64,000 bases of DNA. It comes from Candidatus Bathyarchaeia archaeon (GTDB lineage: Archaea > Thermoproteota > Bathyarchaeia > Bathyarchaeales > Bathycorpusculaceae). Below the pieces are notes generated by a model. The model saw only the letters and a program-made list of their open reading frames with translations. It made no database searches and was not told where the DNA came from. Within the stretch, counting starts at the first letter, position 1. Each line of letters begins with the position of its first letter. Shown one piece after another: positions 29,576 through 38,825 of the stretch. The translations under genes were made by a program, and so were the position numbers. The stretch lies in contig JBEKTQ010000011.1 of assembly GCA_049515895.1 (NCBI GenBank), positions 30,147 to 94,146 of the forward strand. Reading direction: 5' to 3'.

Positions 29576-31612
29576 CTATGTTTTCTTTAGGCATCCTTCC
29601 CTTGGCTCGTAGATTGTTCCTTCACGTAGCAGTTGGCTTATCATGCGTTCGACTTCGCCTCTTGGAATCTTGTTTTTCGTTTCCAACTCGTTGACAAGAG
29701 CGTCTTTCTCAACTATTCCCGTCACCTTTTCCATACTCATCAGCGTCGATAGCACAATGGAGAGCCTGTCTCGGATGCTTTTGGGTCTACCAGTCATTAT
29801 CAAGTCAATATCCATCTTGTACGACGATAAGTCAATCCCGACTTCTTCCAGAGATTTCCTCATGATGGAAATAGCAGCGCCCGCGTCTTCAGCAGTAACT
29901 TCCCTCCGTAGCGCCACCCGAGCTCGGGCTTCTGAAAGGCGAATAAGCGACTCAAGCTGGCGCGCAGTTATCGCCACGGGTGAGCCTTCTGTTTCGCTTG
30001 CTGAACGCATGGCTAAGTAAAAGTCGCTAAGCTGTTTTAACGCCTCGTCTGTAAGCACAGGCTTAATCCCCTTGGCGTAGCTGACATATTTCCGGAGCAA
30101 CTCAGCATCAACTTGCGCCTCAACTGGGCTAGCTCCCCTTCGATGGAGCTCCAAAATGTGCCTAGACATTTTGCCATCAGACTCCTTGTTGGGCACGTCG
30201 CGAAGAACGAAAATTAAATCAAACCGTGAGAGAATGGTTACTGGCAACGGAACGTTCTCAGCAACGGTGCGGTTAGGCTCATATCTTCCCAAAGAAGGGT
30301 TAGCAGCTGCCAACACTGCCGTCCGAGCGTTTAATGTGGCGACAATTCCGCCTTTTGCAACCGAAACTGTGTGCTGTTCCATCGCCTCGTGGATAGCCAC
30401 TCGGTCTTCAGGACGCATTTTGTCCATTTCGTCGATGCAAGCTATTCCTTTGTCAGCTAGCACCAAAGCGCCTGCTTCCAGACTCATGCTTCCGCCTTTC
30501 TCCCTTACTACTGCTGCGGTTAAGCCAGCGGCTGTGGTTCCCCTTCCCGAAGTGTACAGTCCACGGGGCGCTATTCTAGCCACGTACTGAAGAAGCTGCG
30601 ATTTGGCGGTTCCGGGATCTCCAATGAGTAAGATGTTCGGTTCTCCTCTTATGCTTACATCGGGCAGAGTTTTTGAGACTCCCCCGAAGAGCAGGTACAT
30701 TATTGCTTCTTTGATGTGTTCGTAGCCGAAGATTGAGGGTGCGATGGAATCCCTGATTTTCCTGTGCACCCACGGGTCTTTCGAAAGGGCGTGGATTTTT
30801 TCTTCTTCTTCAGGGGTAGGCGGAGAAGTTTCAGGTTCTTTGCCCAGCAATTCGACTGAGTTAGCGTCAAGTTGAAGGATAAAAGTTCGAAGTTTTCCCA
30901 TCCCCATCAGAGAAGGCGCGAAGGCATGCACAATGCCAACTATAGAAACGTGGTCTCCTGGTCTGGCAACGTCGACGATGTCGTCGCCCACTGTCTTCAC
31001 GGCTAAAGTGCGCGGTAACTGCCCTGGCGGCAAGTCTTCGGGTTTTTCCTGTAAACGCAGGTCTTGTGAGTCTATAAAGGTGGATTCTTCCTGGACGAAT
31101 TCGAATGGGCCGTCTCTTCCGCAGTCAGGTGCAATGCATACGGCTGGCGCTTTCAGAAACTGCCCGGTTTGCTCGACCATGTTCATGGTTCCGCAACGTT
31201 TGCATTTGAATGCTCCTTGTAGAACCATGGGTCTCACAGGTGTGGCTCTCACAACTATACCTTCAATCATTACAAGCTTGGTCATCTGTTTTGACCCGAG
31301 TTTTCGAAGTTGTTCCTTGCCGAGGAGCTGCACAATTCTTATGATTATCTTCTCTATTTTTTCGGCATATTCAGCGTCTTCTATGCGAAGTTGCTCATAA
31401 GCGCCTTTTCCAGCATGCTGCAAATACTCTTCAGGCCTGTTCAGCAGTTGTTCCGCGAGCGCTTGGTCGAAGCTGTAGAGTTCTTCAAAATCGATTGTTA
31501 TCGAGTTTTTCCCGGTGATAGCTAACTGCCCGATTCTTTGACGGTACTTTTCCCTCTTAAAAAACTCCTGAAAACGCTGCTGAGGATCAATAGTTAATTG
31601 CTCGTTAGCCAT
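29576..31612 (-). CDS. mcm: Replicative helicase MCM
   Basis: CKRC..C...C zinc motif, GDPGTAKSQ, ACIDEMDKM, SRFDL, TARQLE, C-terminal WH domain. No intein. Confidence 0.98.
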   Translation of the reverse strand: MANEQLTIDPQQRFQEFFKREKYRQRIGQLAITGKNSITIDFEELYSFDQALAEQLLNRPEEYLQHAGKGAYEQLRIEDAEYAEKIEKIIIRIVQLLGKEQLRKLGSKQMTKLVMIEGIVVRATPVRPMVLQGAFKCKRCGTMNMVEQTGQFLKAPAVCIAPDCGRDGPFEFVQEESTFIDSQDLRLQEKPEDLPPGQLPRTLAVKTVGDDIVDVARPGDHVSIVGIVHAFAPSLMGMGKLRTFILQLDANSVELLGKEPETSPPTPEEEEKIHALSKDPWVHRKIRDSIAPSIFGYEHIKEAIMYLLFGGVSKTLPDVSIRGEPNILLIGDPGTAKSQLLQYVARIAPRGLYTSGRGTTAAGLTAAVVREKGGSMSLEAGALVLADKGIACIDEMDKMRPEDRVAIHEAMEQHTVSVAKGGIVATLNARTAVLAAANPSLGRYEPNRTVAENVPLPVTILSRFDLIFVLRDVPNKESDGKMSRHILELHRRGASPVEAQVDAELLRKYVSYAKGIKPVLTDEALKQLSDFYLAMRSASETEGSPVAITARQLESLIRLSEARARVALRREVTAEDAGAAISIMRKSLEEVGIDLSSYKMDIDLIMTGRPKSIRDRLSIVLSTLMSMEKVTGIVEKDALVNELETKNKIPRGEVERMISQLLREGTIYEPREGCLKKT

Positions 31613-31614
31613 CT

Positions 31615-32166
31615 TTACTTGTCACCCTCCGCTTCCAATATTTTGGCTTTCCATTCAGAAATAATTTTGACAAGCTGCTCATAGAGGATTTTTTCTTCGT
31701 TTGACAGCTTTTTAATAACCTGTTCACTTTGTCCCGGCGCAGCAGAAAGCGCAACGATCTTTTTCAGCCGGGAATTCACCACGTCTTTTGCGAGATGCTG
31801 CGTTTTTTGGTACTCGCTTATTTTTTCAGGCTGAGTGGCTTCTTGTTTTAGGATCACAAGGTAGCGTCTAAGTTTAGGGTAGAAATCGTCTGGCAACTCG
31901 GAGATTTGCCCTGGAATCTGTACGCCTTCTCTCCACTGCACCTTAAACAGTTTAGTTGTGTCTAATATGTCCTCTTCGCGAAAATGAATCATTCCAGCGC
32001 TGCATAGCTCTTTTGCGACCCAAAAATAAACTTCATACTCGTTTCCCTCATCAAAGGGGCCAACCGTTAAACCTGCAAGCTTGATCTCAGGACAGTTCCT
32101 GTTAGCAACAATTCTGACTAGGGAGTTCTCGTAACAAAAATCCAACGTGCAAATTTTAGCTGCCAA
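31615..32166 (-). CDS. gins23: GINS subunit Gins23
   Basis: N-terminal B domain (EVYFWVAKEL) then A domain (LPDDFY, RLKKIV, LSNEEK). Immediately upstream of mcm. Confidence 0.85.
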   Translation of the reverse strand: MAAKICTLDFCYENSLVRIVANRNCPEIKLAGLTVGPFDEGNEYEVYFWVAKELCSAGMIHFREEDILDTTKLFKVQWREGVQIPGQISELPDDFYPKLRRYLVILKQEATQPEKISEYQKTQHLAKDVVNSRLKKIVALSAAPGQSEQVIKKLSNEEKILYEQLVKIISEWKAKILEAEGDK

Positions 32167-32299
32167 ACCCTTCTTCCTCCCTCAGTCCCGATTACTTATC
32201 CCTTTGTGGGATTCAAGAGATATGCAGATAGCCGTTTTAAAGATTTTCATTCAAAAAACAAATACAAAAAGAAGGTCTCCGCAGCAATGAATAAGTGGT

Positions 32300-33550
32300 T
32301 TAAGGCCATAATCCAAGCGTTTTTATTGCGTTTGCCACCCTGCCGACTCCCAGCATCAACGCTCCCGTGCGCATGTCGCTCTCTTCCCTCTCAGCCAGAG
32401 CGACTACGTCGTTGAAGGCTTTAGTCATTTTTTCCTCAAGTTTGCTGTTGACCGTTTCCAGCGTCCATTGCTCGCGCGTCAAGTTTTGCACCCACTCAAA
32501 GTAACTAACGGTCACTCCACCACTGTTAGCAAGTATGTCGGGGATTAAGCAAATCTCTTTCTCATACAGTACTTTGTCCGCCTCAGGCGTTGTCGGTCCG
32601 TTCGCGGCTTCAGCAACCATTTTTGCCTTTATTTTGTCCGCGTTTTTACAGGTAATCTGGTTCTCGAGCGCTGCTGGAATGAGTACGTCGCAGGGCAACT
32701 CGAGCAGTTCCGCGTTGGTTATGTTTTTGGATTCTTTGTAGTTTTGCACGGATCCAGTTTTTTCTTTGTGCGCTAGAACGTCTGGAATGTTTAATCCGTC
32801 TGACGCGTAGATGCCTCCAGTTGAGTCGCTGACAGCTATTACTTTGGCGCCTATTTCTTGAGCTGCAGCCGCCGCGTGGTAACCGACGTTGCCAAAGCCT
32901 TGAATGGCTATCGGGGCGTTTTTGAGTTTAAGGCTGTTGTTTTCGGCAGCTTGTTTTACGCAGTGGATTACACCTCTTCCTGTAGCTTCGGTTCTGCCCC
33001 ATGAACCGCCGATTTCAACTGGTTTGCCCGTGGCGCTTTCGGGTATGCTGTAGCCTTTCAGTTGGCTGTAAGTGTCCATTATCCAAGCCATGGTTTGTGC
33101 GTCAGTGTACATGTCCGGAGCGGGGATGTCGCGGTGCGGACCCAAATACTCAGCGATTAAGCTGACGTACCTTCTGGTCAACCGTTCAAGCTCATGCCTG
33201 CTCATCTTTTTTGTGTCGACAACTATGCCACCTTTGGCTCCTCCGAACGGAATGTTTGCGATGGCGCATTTCCAAGTCATTAACATCGCCAAAGCGGTAA
33301 CATCGTCAATCGTGACGGTTGGACTGTAGCGCATCCCTCCCTTGAACGGTCCGCGTGCGTCCCAATGCTGAACTCGAACACCGCTGAAAACTCCGACGAC
33401 CCCGTTATCCATGCGTATGTCGATGCTTACGCTGATCGATCGCTTTGGCAGGCTAAGCATCCTGCATATGCCTGGGTCTAATTGGAGTTTTTTGGTTGCC
33501 AGTTTAAGTTGGGATAATGCTACGTTTAATGTTGCATGTTCTTCAGCCAT
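32300..33550 (-). CDS. gdhA: Glutamate dehydrogenase
   Basis: GPFKGGMRY, MTWKCA...PFGGAKGG, DIPAPD, TGKP, QGFGNVG, AANGP, NSGGVTVSYFEW. Confidence 0.95.
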   Translation of the reverse strand: MAEEHATLNVALSQLKLATKKLQLDPGICRMLSLPKRSISVSIDIRMDNGVVGVFSGVRVQHWDARGPFKGGMRYSPTVTIDDVTALAMLMTWKCAIANIPFGGAKGGIVVDTKKMSRHELERLTRRYVSLIAEYLGPHRDIPAPDMYTDAQTMAWIMDTYSQLKGYSIPESATGKPVEIGGSWGRTEATGRGVIHCVKQAAENNSLKLKNAPIAIQGFGNVGYHAAAAAQEIGAKVIAVSDSTGGIYASDGLNIPDVLAHKEKTGSVQNYKESKNITNAELLELPCDVLIPAALENQITCKNADKIKAKMVAEAANGPTTPEADKVLYEKEICLIPDILANSGGVTVSYFEWVQNLTREQWTLETVNSKLEEKMTKAFNDVVALAEREESDMRTGALMLGVGRVANAIKTLGLWP

Positions 33551-33732
33551 AAAATCAAGCCTTCTGCAACAGTGTGTTAATCAGGAATAGCTAGATAAAC
33601 TTGCCTTCGTTCATTTTTTGTGTGCTGGGTTGATGCTATCGTATACGGCTCTCTGGTGTGCTGTATAAATTGAAAAAGAGAATTTTTGTAGTTTTATTAT
33701 TTAAATCAAATCAAAAGCATGTTGGTGCTGAC

Positions 33733-33867
33733 TTATTTGAGTCCTTTATCACTGAATATTTCCAAGAAACCTTTCATTTTCCAGTAAGTATCCAAAAACT
33801 CTAAGCCGCGAGGCGTTGCGAAACAGAACGTTTGTTCCTCTGTACATCGGTGAATCTCAATAAATGG
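33733..33867 (-). pseudogene. Probable C-terminal remnant of a winged-helix regulator
   Basis: Hand translation PFIEIHRCTEEQTFCFATPRGLEFLDTYWKMKGFLEIFSDKGLK* resembles the T-x-K/R-G-x-E-F-L end of archaeal wHTH proteins. In-frame TGA directly upstream and no start codon before the motif. Confidence 0.4.
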
Positions 33868-34084
33868 TCAGTTCACAGTTGGTAAATACAAAAAGTACAC
33901 ACACAATAAGTTACTATTTGGGCGACACGAACTTTATTCGTGGAGAGACCCTTGCGACAGGAAATTTCGGCCAGCTGACCTATTAAACAAGTTATATGAT
34001 CCTAAAATAGCTTAATTCTTCAAGCCAAACTTGTTGAAAACCGATTTTAAACCTCTCTTTTGGCGCTAAAACAAGCGAAAGAAC

Positions 34085-34429
34085 TTAGAATTCATCAATG
34101 TATTCTTCGAATTGTTTTCTGTCCCTGAGGCATTGTGCGCAGATGCAGCTCAAAGGAAGGTTTTTGGTCGTGCATAAGTCGATGTATTTGCAGTCGACGC
34201 ATGAGAACTCTTTTCTACATCTGGTGCAGCTTTGGAGGAAAACCACTTCAGTACCCAGAATGCCTGCGATTGCGTCCATGAGTTTTTCGATGTTGTTGCA
34301 ATCTTTTATCGAAAAGACTCCTCGCTCCCGGTTGTAATCGAGACCCAAATTCATCAAGGTGATGAATTTTTCTCTCTCTACCCTTGGAAGCTTGAAACCC
34401 TTCGGGTTTAAAACAGTCACTAACTCCAC
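34085..34429 (-). CDS. Hypothetical protein with Cys-rich C-terminus
   Basis: CTRC, CVDC, C, CICAQC cluster. Starts 5 nt after the rfcL stop. Confidence 0.75.
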   Translation of the reverse strand: MELVTVLNPKGFKLPRVEREKFITLMNLGLDYNRERGVFSIKDCNNIEKLMDAIAGILGTEVVFLQSCTRCRKEFSCVDCKYIDLCTTKNLPLSCICAQCLRDRKQFEEYIDEF

Positions 34430-34434
34430 TCCCT

Positions 34435-35676
34435 TTAGTACCTGTTCATTTTAACGAGGAAGTCTACCTCTTCGGGTGTGAAGTTAAACCAGGATGCCAG
34501 CGAGCTTGGTTTTTGCGATTGAAGCAGAGTTTTGATGTAGGGAACGAAGTCGTGTTTTGCTTTTTCGTGGGAAACGTGGCATCGAACTCCTATTTTGCCG
34601 CAAATGGCGTCAAGCATCGACCTTTTGCCTTTAGTCCAAAAAAGAGTGATAATGCGTATTGGCGGCCTGATGAATTCGAAGGGTCGGTATGACTGAGGCG
34701 CAACTGCAGCCGCTTGTGACATGGAGTTGAAAAAGTACCTTAGAAGATGCCAATTTTCTGTTCCGATCCTTCCGCGGTAAACGTCGGCTTGAGAGACGAA
34801 ATCATAAGCGACAGCAAGCTCAACTGGGTTCGTGTACCGCTTCGGCAGATTGTCGCTTACCGACATCAAAAGCTCATCGTAATCTACGTTTGATCGGCTA
34901 AGCAAAGTTGAGGCTTCAAGGATAGATTTTGCGGAAAAATACCCTCGCAGCGTTTCATCCATGCTGATGTCTCTGTTTCTTGAACTCAACCCCATTGTGT
35001 CTTGAAGCGTCAGGACATGGTTTTCTTCGCTGAGGCTTTGCAAATCGTTTATGGCTGAACGCACATCCCCCCTGCTGTTCTGGGCGATGTGTTCGAGCGC
35101 TTCAAACTCGGCTTTGACATGTTCCAGCAAACAGATTTTCTGTAGCAAAGCGATGAGAAGCGGTATCCTTATTTGCTGAAAACGTATGAGCAAACAAACT
35201 TTTTTCAAAGGTCTAAGCTTGTCTATGTCCGGGTCGTTTGCAGCCATAATAACTGGCACTTGAGATTTCTCAACGATTTCAATTATAGCGCTTACTCCTC
35301 CCCTGTCTTCGTTGCCTGCAATGCCGTCGACTTCGTCGAGAAAAAGAATGTTGCCTTTGCTTTGTGTTGAAGTTGAGAAATGGTCCAGGGCAAGGTATGA
35401 GGTGGCCGGTTTGGCGACGGCGTTGATGGCTTTTTCTGACCGAGTGTCGCTGGCGTTCATTTCAATGACGGTGAACCCGAACTCTTTTGCAGCCGCGTTA
35501 ACCAGAGCTGTTTTTCCAACTCCGGGCGGTCCGTAAAGAAGGACCGCTTTTTTGGTTTTGCTTTTGCGCTTGCCTTTTATCCACTCAACAAATGTGGCTT
35601 TCGCTTCTTCATTTCCTATTATGTCTTCTATCTTTTGGGGGCGATATTTTTCAACCCATAAAATGTCATTTTTCAT
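34435..35676 (-). CDS. rfcL: Replication factor C large subunit
   Basis: WVEKYRP, GPPGVGKT, EMNASDTR, LDEVDG, GDVRSAINDLQ, AD...GRI...W.L.RY. Confidence 0.93.
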   Translation of the reverse strand: MKNDILWVEKYRPQKIEDIIGNEEAKATFVEWIKGKRKSKTKKAVLLYGPPGVGKTALVNAAAKEFGFTVIEMNASDTRSEKAINAVAKPATSYLALDHFSTSTQSKGNILFLDEVDGIAGNEDRGGVSAIIEIVEKSQVPVIMAANDPDIDKLRPLKKVCLLIRFQQIRIPLLIALLQKICLLEHVKAEFEALEHIAQNSRGDVRSAINDLQSLSEENHVLTLQDTMGLSSRNRDISMDETLRGYFSAKSILEASTLLSRSNVDYDELLMSVSDNLPKRYTNPVELAVAYDFVSQADVYRGRIGTENWHLLRYFFNSMSQAAAVAPQSYRPFEFIRPPIRIITLFWTKGKRSMLDAICGKIGVRCHVSHEKAKHDFVPYIKTLLQSQKPSSLASWFNFTPEEVDFLVKMNRY

Positions 35677-36670
35677 AGGTTTCCATTATGCCTCTGCCAA
35701 ATTTAGCGAATTGCGCAAGCATCGCGCTAAGCTGAATGTCGCTGTTTGCGCCTTGCGTTAGACGGTAATCGTATTCGCCGATCACGTTTGAGATTTCCGC
35801 TTTTTGTTCAGGCGTTAAATCTGACATCTTGAAGATTTCCCGTTGCACTTGCCGTACTATTTCTGAGCCTGAGAACCCATAGGAACCCATTATCTCATAC
35901 ATCTTTTTCCTAGCTTCCATGAAGTCGCCGAACAAAGCTTTCCTGATCATCTGCTGGACTTGCGCTGGGCTGGCTTCCCCGATGACGAGGGAAACTGTTT
36001 TCTCATCCACAACTCCGTCTTTGTAGGCTGCAGCCGTCTGTAATGCGTTTATGGCGTGCCGGAGGTCGCCTTCGGAGAAATCCACTATTCTTTCGGCTGC
36101 TTCAGGCGTCAGCTTTACATTTTCTTTTTTAGCCAAGCACTCAAGATGTTCCTTCATCGCTTGCTTGTCAAGCCTTGAAAAACGGAAGATGGCACATCGG
36201 CTCTGTATAGGCTCAATTATCTTGCTGGATTGGTTGCAGATAAGAATGAATCTTGATGTTCGGGAACCAGTCTCCATTATTCTTCTCAGCGCTGTCTGGG
36301 CTGGACCAGTCATCTGGTCACACTCATCTAGGATAATCAAGGAAAAGGGTACGTTTTCAAAGCCTGAACGGCTGTAACGTGAGAAATCCTTTATTCTTTC
36401 CCGCACGGTATCGATGCCTCTTTCGTCGGATGCGTTGAGTTCCAAGGTGAAGCTTTTCCAGTTGGGTCCAAAAAGTTCGTGTGCGATGCAGAGGGCAAGG
36501 GTGGTTTTGCCTGTGCCTGGTATGCCTGCGAACATTAGGTGGGGCATTGTCTTCGGGTTTTTCATGAAAGCTTTGAGGCTTTCCACGATGTCGTGTAAGT
36601 CGACGACTTCGGTGAGGTTTTTCGGTCGGTACTTTTCGACCCACATAAGTGCTTCTTCGTTAACTGCCAT
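35666..36670 (-). CDS. rfcS: Replication factor C small subunit
   Basis: WVEKYRP, GIPGTGKTT, ELNASDERGID, LDECD, QSRC, GDLRHAIN. No intein. Confidence 0.96.
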   Translation of the reverse strand: MAVNEEALMWVEKYRPKNLTEVVDLHDIVESLKAFMKNPKTMPHLMFAGIPGTGKTTLALCIAHELFGPNWKSFTLELNASDERGIDTVRERIKDFSRYSRSGFENVPFSLIILDECDQMTGPAQTALRRIMETGSRTSRFILICNQSSKIIEPIQSRCAIFRFSRLDKQAMKEHLECLAKKENVKLTPEAAERIVDFSEGDLRHAINALQTAAAYKDGVVDEKTVSLVIGEASPAQVQQMIRKALFGDFMEARKKMYEIMGSYGFSGSEIVRQVQREIFKMSDLTPEQKAEISNVIGEYDYRLTQGANSDIQLSAMLAQFAKFGRGIMETYEK

Positions 36671-36777
36671 TAAGTAAACACCTTTCACAACAAATTATAC
36701 ACTAAGGTGTTGGAACTTACGCATTTAAATTTTCCCCAGCGATTTTCACTTGCCGGGCAAAACGTTTCAAGGTGCCC

Positions 36778-37110
36778 TCAGCCGATTTTGCTGCCTTCAG
36801 CAATATCTTTCTCGGGCATAAGCACCGTAACATTGTCTTCGCTGTCTTCGGCAGCTAAAATCATGCACTGCGATTCGATGCCCGCCAAAACACGTCTCTG
36901 GAGATTCAAAAGGAAAACGCATTTCTTGCCAACCAAATGCTCAGGCGCATAATATTTTAGCAATCCAGCAACTGCCTGCCTCTTCCCAGACCCGAAATCA
37001 ACTGTCAATTTGATGAGTTTCTTTGAGTTGGGAATCTGTGAAGCTTCGATTATCTTTCCTACCCGCAGGTCAAGTTTTTGGAACTCGGCGAATGATATTT
37101 CTTCAGCCAA
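36778..37110 (-). CDS. Stand-alone tRNA-binding OB domain (Trbp111/CsaA/MetRS C-terminal type)
   Basis: ISFAEFQKLDLRVGKI, KLTVDFG, LNL..R.LAGIESQ.MILAA. Confidence 0.88.
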   Translation of the reverse strand: MAEEISFAEFQKLDLRVGKIIEASQIPNSKKLIKLTVDFGSGKRQAVAGLLKYYAPEHLVGKKCVFLLNLQRRVLAGIESQCMILAAEDSEDNVTVLMPEKDIAEGSKIG

Positions 37111-37134
37111 ATCTTTTCACGCTCCATCGATAGT

Positions 37135-37824
37135 TCACTTTTCATCGATATTTACTTTGCTTTCAGAGTTCAACCTGTTTTTTTCTCTCGTGGCTATCCT
37201 GTGAGCTTGCAAGGTTGGCTCAGGGATTCGAGTTTTAGAGCAGTGTTCAACAATTTTGATCGCTGTTTCAAGAGAAACCATGTTACCAATGCTCACAAAA
37301 ATGGGTTTTGAACAAGCCTTTGTGGTCACTACCGCGCCGATAACTTCTTCCTTATCAACCAAAAATGTTTGTCCGTTCATTTTTACTGGTTGACCGACTA
37401 ACCGACTTTTTGCGGCCCCTATTGTCGGTTTTCCAAGGGCAAGTCCAAGGTGGCTTGCAAATCCGCATCTATACGGGTGTGCCCATCCTTGCGCGTCAAC
37501 GAGGAAGACGTCAGGTTGAATCTTCAATTTCTTAATTGTTGCCATTGCAGACGGGATTTCCCTAAAGGATAGCAAAGTCGGGATATACGGCATTCTTACA
37601 TGGCAGGTTGCAACTTGAGACTCCAAGACTTTCAAGGATTCATAATCCAAAACCGCTACGGCACCGACTCCAACGTCACCTACGTATGAAACGTCGACGC
37701 CAGCGACCGTTTTAATTTGCAGCGGCAATTTGTCTTCCAAAACTATCTTCTTTGATAGGCGAAGCTGAGTTTTATGTGCCTTTATTATAGAGAAGTTCTT
37801 CGTTAACCTGCATGGTTGACTCAA
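37135..37824 (-). CDS. nfi: Endonuclease V
   Basis: AGVDVSY, PYIPTLLSFRE, VDAQG.AHP...G.ASHLG, GAAKS, SIGN, RIPEPT..AH. Confidence 0.93.
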   Translation of the reverse strand: MSQPCRLTKNFSIIKAHKTQLRLSKKIVLEDKLPLQIKTVAGVDVSYVGDVGVGAVAVLDYESLKVLESQVATCHVRMPYIPTLLSFREIPSAMATIKKLKIQPDVFLVDAQGWAHPYRCGFASHLGLALGKPTIGAAKSRLVGQPVKMNGQTFLVDKEEVIGAVVTTKACSKPIFVSIGNMVSLETAIKIVEHCSKTRIPEPTLQAHRIATREKNRLNSESKVNIDEK

Positions 37825-38492
37825 AGCTTAACCTTTCGTGGCTTGCGTTTGGCTGTTGGCCTTGTTGTTTCAAACTTTTTTAGTTGGTCTTCTAGGGATT
37901 TTCTGCGGATTTCAAGCGTGACGTCTCCTCTTGTTGTTTCGATTATTCTTCGTGCAATGTCGGATTTGTGTCTGAGTCCTGGTACAAGCATGTAGGCCTC
38001 GTCGAGAGCCAAGAGTTGGATGAAGACTTGATCCATGATTTCAAGGCATTCTTCACCTTTCTTGACTTCTCCTTCCCGCAAGTTATCAAGCGCTAAACGC
38101 CTGTATTCGCCTACCACATCGGCTAAACCAAGAACATAGTCAACCGAGGGAACATTAATTTCTGCAGGAGCAACAAAACGCGACTCCTTAACTAAAGCCA
38201 GAAAAATACGTGCTTCCGCATACTCTTGAAGCGTCGCGCTAAACATGCCGCCGTAAATAATCTCAGGATAATCCTTTGACAGTGTCTGAAGGCTTGAAAT
38301 TCTGTCCTTCGCTTCCGCGATAAATTTTTCAGCTTCAGAGTATTTTTTCTGGTGTATTAATAGAATTGCTTGTTTGGATAGGCTTGTTGCTTTTCGCATG
38401 CTCTCATGCGTTTCTTCACGAACATTGTTTTTTTGCATGAGCTCATTTCTTACTTCTTGAAGAACATTTTCCAAAGAGTGCAAAGGCATCAC
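37821..38492 (-). CDS. Translin/TRAX (C3PO-like) family protein
   Basis: RE.....R.....S...I..IH, QEYAEA, YVLGLADVVGEYRR, LRHKSD. Confidence 0.88.
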   Translation of the reverse strand: MMPLHSLENVLQEVRNELMQKNNVREETHESMRKATSLSKQAILLIHQKKYSEAEKFIAEAKDRISSLQTLSKDYPEIIYGGMFSATLQEYAEARIFLALVKESRFVAPAEINVPSVDYVLGLADVVGEYRRLALDNLREGEVKKGEECLEIMDQVFIQLLALDEAYMLVPGLRHKSDIARRIIETTRGDVTLEIRRKSLEDQLKKFETTRPTAKRKPRKVKL

Positions 38493-38568
38493 TAAATGAA
38501 ATGAATTGTTTCGTAGTTTATTTCAATTTCCTTAAGATAAAAAGCTGTAAGGTTGCTCAAGCGTCAGC

Positions 38569-38737
38569 TCATTTCTCAATCAGAACTTTGCTGTTTCCCA
38601 ACGCGAAGCTTACTTTAACAAATCTTGAAGTGGTTACCTTGAACGGGAACATGCTGTCTTCCGCTAAGTCTTTAGGCAGGTATACCATGGACTTGCCGTC
38701 CTTTCTCCTGAATAGGCGTCCCTTTCCTTCTTACCAT
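38569..38737 (-). pseudogene. Small AbrB-like beta-hairpin protein with frameshift after codon 2 (not in ORF track)
   Basis: ATG GTA A|GAA GGA AAG...; the shifted frame gives EGKGRLFRRKDGKSMVYLPKDLAEDSMFPFKVTTSRFVKVSFALGNSKVLIEK*. TATA-like CTTAAATA upstream on - strand. Confidence 0.55.
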
Positions 38738-38825
38738 ACAAACTACCGCTTGGCAGTTAATCCATAAGGAAAAAAAAATAGCTATTTAAGTTTTGTCAGG
38801 TGAGCCTGCCCCAAATAGGCACGAT

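Noticed and set aside
29576-36670. Inteins in MCM and RFC
   Set aside because: Lengths are normal and the Walker A regions are uninterrupted.
38501-38767. 88-aa plus-strand ORF
   Set aside because: No recognisable features. Better explained as the shadow of the minus-strand AbrB-like frame.
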